This document shows positions 51,901 through 60,900 of a stretch of 64,000 nt of DNA, piece by piece. The stretch covers positions 17,744,264 through 17,808,263 of the forward strand of contig JARFYF010000051.1 in NCBI GenBank assembly GCA_030265395.1, given 5' to 3'. Both the position numbers and the translations under genes were made by a program. Numbering within the stretch: the stretch's first letter is position 1; every line of letters starts with the position of its first letter. The notes under the pieces are model-generated. The model saw nothing but the letters and a program-made list of their open reading frames with translations. It had not been told where the DNA came from and made no database searches. The stretch comes from Rhina ancylostomus. Lineage: Eukaryota.

Positions 51901-54900
51901 ATAGGACAATAACTGCCAAACCCATCCCTGGTGTGATGGGAAAAAAAAAATCAGATTAAATCATTCAAAGACAGTGACTCAGCACACAAGACAAGACAGA
52001 TTCTGCAGATGCTGGAATCTGGAGCAATACACAAAACAGAATGCTGGAGGAACTCAAAGTCAGGCAGCATCTATGGAGAGAAATAAACAGTTGACGTTTT
52101 GGGTCGAGACCGGAGTCCTGATAAAGGGTCTCAACCCAAAACATTGACTGTTTCTTTCTCTCCATACATGCTACTAGACCTGCCAAGATCCTCCAGCACT
52201 GTGTGTNNNNNNNNNNNNNNNNNNNNNNNNNNNNNNNNNNNNNNNNNNNNNNNNNNNNNNNNNNNNNNNNNNNNNNNNNNNNNNNNNNNNNNNNNNNNNN
52301 NNNNNNNNNNNNNNNNNNNNNNNNNNNNNNNNNNNNNNNNNNNNNNNNNNNNNNNNNNNNNNNNNNNNNNNNNNNNAGCCAAGCTGGGATACACAATCCC
52401 TACCAGCCAACTTACTAGGTCCTTTGATGACAACCTTCAGCTCTCCAGTGCCAGCTCCTTTGGTGAAGACTTTGAAGTCGGTCACCTCCTTAACTCGCAC
52501 TCCTTTGGGCTGCAGACCTCTCCCCGAGGCTCGACATGCATTAGGATTGCACGCTGGCAGAAACACACGCGATTCAGGTTAATGTCAAGACATCAGATTC
52601 ACAGAAAGCCCAACCACAGCCCACAGTCACATCACTGTTACCACACCTACAGGATTCATGTTACAAGAGGAATCAGAAAACCTGCCAGTTTAGCAAGCGA
52701 ATAACCAGCCGCTTCTGCTGCAAGAATGTACCTCAGACTACAGGCCCTACTCCAATTGAGGGGCTTTCTGGACCCACTCATTGCCCAGAAGAGAGATACG
52801 AGAAATCAACAGGGGTTCCTGCTCCTAATGACTGACCCAGGAGAGAGCAACCTCTCCACATACAGATGACAAACCACCTTCCTGTCCTGGAAAGGAAAGC
52901 CATGTACAATGGCCAAAATGCAGATTACACTAAAATAGCTGGTATAGTGGACAATGAAGACGGCTGTCAAAAATTACAAGAAGATCGANNNNNNNNNNNN
53001 NNNNNNNNNNNNNNNNNNNNNNNNNNNNNNNNNNNNNNNNNNNNNNNNNNNNNNNNNNNNNNNNNNNNNNNNNNNNNNNNNNNNNNNNNNNNNNNNNNNN
53101 NNNNNNNNNNNNNNNNNNNNNNNNNNNNNNNNNNNNNNNNNNNNNNNNNNNNNNNNNNNNNNNNNNNNNNNNNNNNNNNNNNNNNTGCAACTTTTGGCAC
53201 ATTGGCCTTCATCAGTCAGGGCACTTAATATAAGAGTTGGGAGGTTGTGGTGCAGTTGTACAGGATGCTGGTGAGGCTGAACTTGGGAGTATTCAGCTTT
53301 GGTCACCCTGCTCTAGGAAAGATGTTATTAAACTGGAAAGAATACAGAAAAGATTTACAATGATGTTGCCAGGGACTTGAGAAACAGAGTTATAGTGAGA
53401 AGTTGGACAGGGTAGGACTTTATTCCTTGGAGCATATGAGACACAGGCAATCTCAGGTGTATGAATGCACTCAGTCTTTTACCCCCTCAGGGTTGGGAAG
53501 TCAAGAACTAGAGAGCATAGGTTCAAGGTGAGGGAGGAAGAGATTTAATGGGAACTTGAGGGTCAATTTTTTTTAAATTATACACATGAAGGGTAGTATG
53601 CATGTGGAATGAGCTGCCAGAGGAAGTGGTTGTGGCAGGTACATTACAACTTTTTTTTAAAAAGTTGGATAGGTATGTGGCTACAAAGAAGTGTGGAAGT
53701 TTATGGGCCAAACATTGGCAAATGGGACAAGCTTGGATGGGGCATCTTAGTCGAATAGACCAGTTAGGCCAAATGGGCCCATTTCTATGCTGTACAACTA
53801 TGACTAAATTGATCAAGATTTTAATCACATGACCTCATTCCATCTCTATTAACCAAAAAAATTCCATACACTGTAGGAGAAGCAATTCTGGAAAAGGAAT
53901 GCACAGAATTATCCAGTGATCCACAAACCATTCCACTCAAGAACTGCAGGAGCACAGAGCCATTCCAGCAAAACATAGCCAATTTGCCCACCCCAGAACA
54001 ACAGCACTATAGCTAATGACCAAGTTAGTAAAGACCAGGAATAAGAAGCCACTAACCACCCTCCAGTCCACATAAGACTTGCATTGACTCATGGAGCCAA
54101 TGACCATCCCAGGAGGAGTGGGACTGGCCCATTAGCCAGTACCCCCATGCACAGAGAAGGCACGGCCAGCAACCCCTTGTACAGACAGAGGCACAATGTT
54201 CACAGATATAGTCACAAGCACATCTCACATTCCCTCAGACATGTGACCAGCACCTGTCAGACACAAGCATGACCAGTATCTCTTCGTACAGACACAAGCA
54301 CAGGCAGCCACTCAGTTCAGGCCAATACTAACGTGGTCGTTTGGGTTTGGGAGGAGGGGGCGGTGCTTTCTTTGCCTTGTCTGCCGGCGGGGTGCGGATG
54401 GACTGAGGAACGATCATAATTGGAGCTGGTGCAGCAGCCTGGGCCGGAGGGGGGGATCCTGAGGTCAGTCCGGGCACAAATCATGAAGAAGAGAAGATGA
54501 AAGATGTAACATGATGTGAGTGGCAGAGATCCGTGCTGTTTCCTGCAGCTTGGTTGAAAAGTGGGGTTGGGAGAAACAGAGATCCAAGCTCTACAACCTG
54601 CAAACTATGCCCATTCTTACCAGAGTGGACTGAAGATGCTACAGCACCCACTCTCTGCTTCACTGCACCACATTCACAGCCCCAGCTTCCACANNNNNNN
54701 NNNNNNNNNNNNNNNNNNNNNNNNNNNNNNNNNNNNNNNNNNNNNNNNNNNNNNNNNNNNNNNNNNNNNNNNNNNNNNNNNNNNNNNNNNNNNATGCTAC
54801 AGCACCCAATCTCTGCTTCACTGCACCACCTTCACAGCCCCAGCTTCCAAATCACTTTCATAGCCTCAGCCTCCAAATTTCTGCCAGAGCAGACCCAACT

Positions 54901-57900
54901 CTAACCAGCCATGGTCCAACAATCTTATATCTTCACTACTGTCCCATTCTAATCAGCCTTACCCCCAGGGAGAGCACAATCAGTCCCGCTTCATCTCGAC
55001 TTTCTGTACTAACCAGCCTTCCACACGGGCCCAATGTCACCAATTCAACAACTGTGCATTAGGCATTTTCCAAGCTTCAGCACCAGCAATTTCCCCTTAA
55101 AGCTAAGCTGGTGTCCTCTCCAATCAAAGGAGCCCCCTCACCACCTAGTCTTTAGTTAAACAACATGACTCCAAGAAAGCAAGATACACTACTCTGACCA
55201 TGCTGTTGGATTTTATCTTTCTGAAGCCCACAAGAAAGACAATTATCTCACAAAACAAAAGATCTTATTTTACTCAACATGCATGAGTAAATTGATAACA
55301 GGTTCCCAATGAGATGCATCTGTTCACCACTAATTAGTTGGCTGGTCTTGGCAGGCTTCATTTATCCAAGTTAACTGGTCACCTCTTGGAGAATAAAAAA
55401 CACATGCTCCCTCATTCTAATGTTCCCCATGGCCTTAATAGATAAATGTCTAGAAATAAAGCTAGCCTATTGACAAGGAAGCTGGCAGCATCTTCACGTT
55501 TAGCTAAGTCTCCAGCCAGGCACCAAGAACAAACTTCCCCACCCATATCATATTGCCATCAATCAATATTCACATGGCTTGCCTAACTTAGAAAGTTAAA
55601 CACTTTGCAAACTGAATTTGTATTGATAGCAAAGCAAGATTCAAAGCATCTTCAAGAAGTGGTGCCTCAAAAGGGCAACATCCATCATTAAGGACCCTCA
55701 CCATCTGACGCATGCCCTCTTCATGTTACTACCATCAGGGAGGTGGTACAGGAGCCTGAAGACCCACACTCAAGGTTTCAGGGACAGCTTCTTCCCCTCC
55801 ACCATCAGATTTCTGAACAGTCCATGAACACTACCTCATTTGTACCATTTGGTTTTGTAACAGTAATTTTTATGCCTTGCACTGTACTGCTACCATAAAA
55901 CAAATTTCATGATATGTCAGTGATAATAAACTTGATTTTGAGATTCCTCCCCAGAATACTATATGTTAATCATTTGTTTTGATAACAGTGCTGAAGAATC
56001 ATGCAATTACATTCTAACCATAACCCAGAATCGAAACAAAAGCTGATACCATGCTATCAGGTCAGCAATGAACAATTTCAATTAAGTCTGAATTAAGCTC
56101 AAGGGTCATTGCTCAGGAGAGCAAACCCTGCCTATTCCCGGTCAAATAGTAACTTCAGGTTCCATGCTGGAACTCACTCCTGAGAATGCGAAATGTTCCT
56201 CAGCACTGTTTGAAGACCAGAGTTCTCCTCTGTTATTCTGGTTGATAGTCTTACTGCATGAACACCATATGCAGAAAGAAAACATTAAACACATCACTCT
56301 GAGATTATACTGTGCACAATTGGTTACTTGACTCCTGTATTAAAACAGCAACTTCACTGGCTGCAAAACATTTTAGATCACCCCGGGGTTGTAAAGGGGG
56401 CTTCAGAAATGAATATTCTTTTACACATATGCATCCTCAGACAGCTTGTGGGAGCTTTACTGCAGGGACCCACAAGCTCCATTCGAAAGGTTGTTGCATC
56501 CCACCCCCCAAAGAGAAATAATCAATTCACAATTAACTGTTTGCAACATTAACACAGCGATGGAATCCAATGTCACAACTTGCAAAGTGTCAGCCTTCAA
56601 TTCATTGCTTGTTCCCTTCTCTTCCCTCACTGAGCCCAGCCATGCTCCTGCCTTCTACCTTCATAAACCATGTATTTTATCTCCATCATGTCCACGAACC
56701 ACAAACTCCCTCAAGCACTCAATCCCCCCCTTAATTCTGAGCATCACTCTCACCCCTAAACTTCCACATTTCTTGCCTACCTCTTGTTTCCCCACATTCA
56801 CACTCCTTCCCCTTTTCTACAAGTATGATCTCTTCCATACACCCCCAATCTCTTAAACTCCCAACTGGGTCTGTTTCACCCATCACCCTTTGCTTGCTTC
56901 TGTCCTGGGGATGGGGGGGGGGGGGGGGGAAAGAAAAGATTAAGCAATGGGTGAAGGACGAAGGCTCCTTGCACAGAAGAGCCCATGTGCAGTGTGTGTG
57001 GACCTTACCTTCTGAGATGTTGACAGTGAAGGGACTCTTGGGTATTGGGGCTCCAGCAAAAGTCACATGGATGGTGTGAGGACCTTCAAGCAGAGGTTTG
57101 TAAGTGCAGCGGAGAACATTGTCTCCTTTATCCTCCAGAATCACCTCCACTGTATCCCGCCGACCCTGAGGATCAACAATGACGACGCCAACATCCCCTG
57201 ACCCAGCACCTGAGGGCGATAAAGGGCTGTTTTTAGTATACAGACAGTAACTATGCACATGCTGGCAGCAGAGTGGTCAGAACTCATGCTTCAAGTCAAC
57301 ATTAAAAAGTGATGGAATCAGGGCCGGGTTCCAAGACACCTGGTTATTCAACACAACCACTCCCCAGTCCCAAACTTAGTTTTGCAAATAGGATACAAAA
57401 TACAAGAAGATAGATGGCCTGGTGAAACTTTACAAATCTCTGCAGATTAGTTCTCAATTGGAGAACAAGAAGATCAGGATGCAGAGGTGGTTTACTAGGA
57501 GGATAAGGGGCAAGGGACTTCAGTATGTGGAGAGATTAGAGAAGCTGGATTTTTACTACACCAAGAAAAGCTGGTTACAGGGAGACCTAAAGAGTCATTC
57601 AAGAGACTTTGTTCAAGAAAGTAGAAAGGAACTCCTCACGCAAGTTGGTCAGTAAACCAAGCTTATCAACCCAAAATAATGGGCAAATGGACTAGAGGAA
57701 AAGTCATGGGGGCTTTTGGGGTGCAGGAGCACATGGCATTGAAACGTTTTTAGAGACACATTCAAAAGGCAAATGGATGTAAATGTGGAGAACTTCCCTC
57801 CCATTTCACCACGTGTTCCAGTGGGGAACCCCACTTCACCTTGCTACTCACCAGCAGTGTAAATGTCAAAGTACGTTGGCTTGTTGGCCACGTTTCCATT

Positions 57901-60900
57901 CAGCTCCAGACCAGGGCCTTGAGCAGTCACCTTGTTGGCATCACCTAGAGCCATGCCAATCTGGACTTTGAAAGGGCTTTTGTCAATTTGCTGCCCAGCA
58001 AATAAAACTGTTACCTGGAAGCAAGCACAAAGGCGGCAGCATTAATGCAAGATTGATTATTGTATACCACAGCAACCCTTATCTCCTCCCAAATCTCCAA
58101 ATTTCCCATGGAGTACAGGGATCAACAGTTTCAATCTGACCTAGAGTGGTTGCACTAAGTTTAGAAGATTTAGAGATGAGGAGAGTTTGGAGACAATCAT
58201 TCAAGATTCANNNNNNNNNNNNNNNNNNNNNNNNNNNNNNNNNNNNNNNNNNNNNNNNNNNNNNNNNNNNNNNNNNNNNNNNNNNNNNNNNNNNNNNNNN
58301 NNNNNNNNNNGCAAACTGTTTCCAAAAGTTTTATACAAACCCCCCCCCCCCCCCCAGAACAAGGCACAGAAACCAGGGCTAGCCTGTTCAGATGGGACAT
58401 CAGAAGCCACTTCCTAGCACAACAGATTGGGGTGGAGTATAGAAACACTCTCACCCCTTTTAAAAAAAGTTTGGACACTGGGGTCAAAATGGATCTTTTA
58501 AGGTCAAGATTGATCTTTTCCCATCCCAGATTAGAACCAAGGGACAGGGAGCAGACCAACCATCTGAGTGGTAGAACAGTTCCCTGATGTACCAAGAGAA
58601 AGGCAGACATCAATAGGCTTGCTTCACGCAACAGTTTCTGGTATGTAGCTCCCAAACACTACTGATGGGGAAACCCAGCAGGACTTCCAGGCCTATGAGT
58701 CAAAGCATGACCCAACACATGAAAGGAGCAATTCACAGCCAGTGCACAACAAGGACAGGGCATGACAATGGGATAGATGAGGATGAAGACACAGCTCTTC
58801 CTGGATGACCTGAACTACTTTGAATGGTCAAAGAGTTACCTTATGAAGTCCAGCAACTTTGGGTATGTAGGAAACAGAGTATGTGCGGTTCTTGTCATTG
58901 TTTGCAGTCACTCGTGCCTGTACAAAGAAAACAAAATGGTCATCCTGCATTGCACTGGTCACTCCCACACCAGCCCACAGACCAAAACAGGGACCAGACT
59001 CTTCAGCTTACACAAGATACATAACCTTAACACAATACAGTTACAGTACACCCTCTGGAACAAATACAGGTGAGCATTAAATGATGGTCTTCAACAACAT
59101 CGATGTGCTGCAAACAATAACCAAAAAGCACAACCCATTTCCACACTCATTACCTCCTCAGTGTGGCCTTCAGGATCCTCCACAAAAACCAGGACCTCTC
59201 CAAGACCAGCATTGATCGTCTCCACTGTGAACTCCGCTGGCTTTAGGACTACGTTACCCTGTGGCTCAATACCTAGAATCAAATGCAAGAGGAGTTTTCA
59301 CAACAACATTCCTACCAGGCCAAAAGGACATCACTATCCCTCACACCAGGTTTAAGGGCATAGTCAAGCTGACACACTATTCCCCCCAGGCCAAAGGGTT
59401 TGCCCAGACTCATCTTGTTGTTCCTTAATCTAACCAAAATGGCCCACTCACTGACAGAAAACTATCCCTTATTCCAGGTCAAAAAGGGCATACCCTGAAA
59501 GGGAGCACCCCTTATCCCAGGAAACAATTGAGAAAGATATTGGATAGTCAGTGGGCCAAAGTTTGTGGTACCACATGGAAGAGGTGAAGGAACCACATAC
59601 AAAAAGATGTCCATACCTGGCCCATAAGCTCGAGCTTTCTTGGGGTTGAGTTTTGTCCTGAGTGGAGCACCAGGTTTGAGCTTTGCCTTTGGGAATTGGG
59701 AGAGATAGGTCATCACCGAGTGCTCATCTACATTGGGGTCCACAATCTCCTCAGGGGCAATTACCTGCAGAGAGGGCAAAGAAGATCAGGGGTGAGAAAT
59801 GCGAGAGGCACACATGGACAAGCAAGGGAGAGGATAAATTTCAAGATCCAAGTGAGCACGAGCGAGGTCTGGATTCAAAGAGCAAGCACAAAGCATAGGA
59901 GACAAGAGATTCCATTGAATTTGCTCTACAGATTCTGTGGTATTAGCACAAATACAGAGATACGAGAACATAGACACTCACCTGAGGAACCCCCAGCCAA
60001 TCATCAGCTTGTTGCATGGCCTCCCGGGCATTACCCACAGGTTGATTTGGGTCCCAATCCTGCCAGTCAGGGCACAGACCTGTGGGCACAACCAAACACC
60101 CTTCAAACAATGATCAATGAAGCAGGGATCCTTGCATCAGGCAGCTGAGAAAACCCACACACCAAGAACTACAAAAAGGGACACACTCTCAGGCTAGTTC
60201 TGGCTAGCTTTATAATTGCTCAAACACACCGAGAAATAAAGGATCCCGCACATCTAACGCACAATAACTTTGGATCAGAAACTAGGAAACTACCTTTAAC
60301 ACAGAGCTCACACTGAAGTTGATCCCATGTACGTTCATTGATCAACAATCACTCCAACTATAGAGTGCACGTTCAATCAGCATCACTACTCCTGTTCATG
60401 ACTAATAATGTAGCAGGAGCTGGGACTGTGCCAGCCCAGCTCACATCTGGTTCTGTTTATCTTTAATTGTATATAGCTCTGTTAAACATTTCCAACATTG
60501 CCAATTCAGCATTTTTAAATCCCATCCCTTTGCTTCATAAGCTCTTAGTACACCCCAGTCCTCCATCATCACATCCACAGTACTGCTACTTGCAAGGGTC
60601 ACATTCACCAACTGATTCATTCTGGAAAAAATGCAGCAGGGAAGACATGGCAAGTGAATCGAAGCACTGCTGTGCATAAAGTGGTCCTTCAATAATACAA
60701 GAAATAGAAGTGGGAGTAGCCCATTTGACCCCATGCCTGTTCTGTCATTCAAGACCATGCTTGACCTTTTACCTCAATGTCACTTCCCAGATGTCTTGAT
60801 TCCTTTAATATCTAAAGATCTATTGACCCTTCTCGAACATACTTAGCTACAGAGCCTCCAAGGCCCCCAGGGTTGAGAATTCCAATGATTCACTAATGAG

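Noticed and set aside
52099-53306. Long ORFs containing X runs (also at other gaps)
   Set aside because: Artefacts of translating through N gaps.
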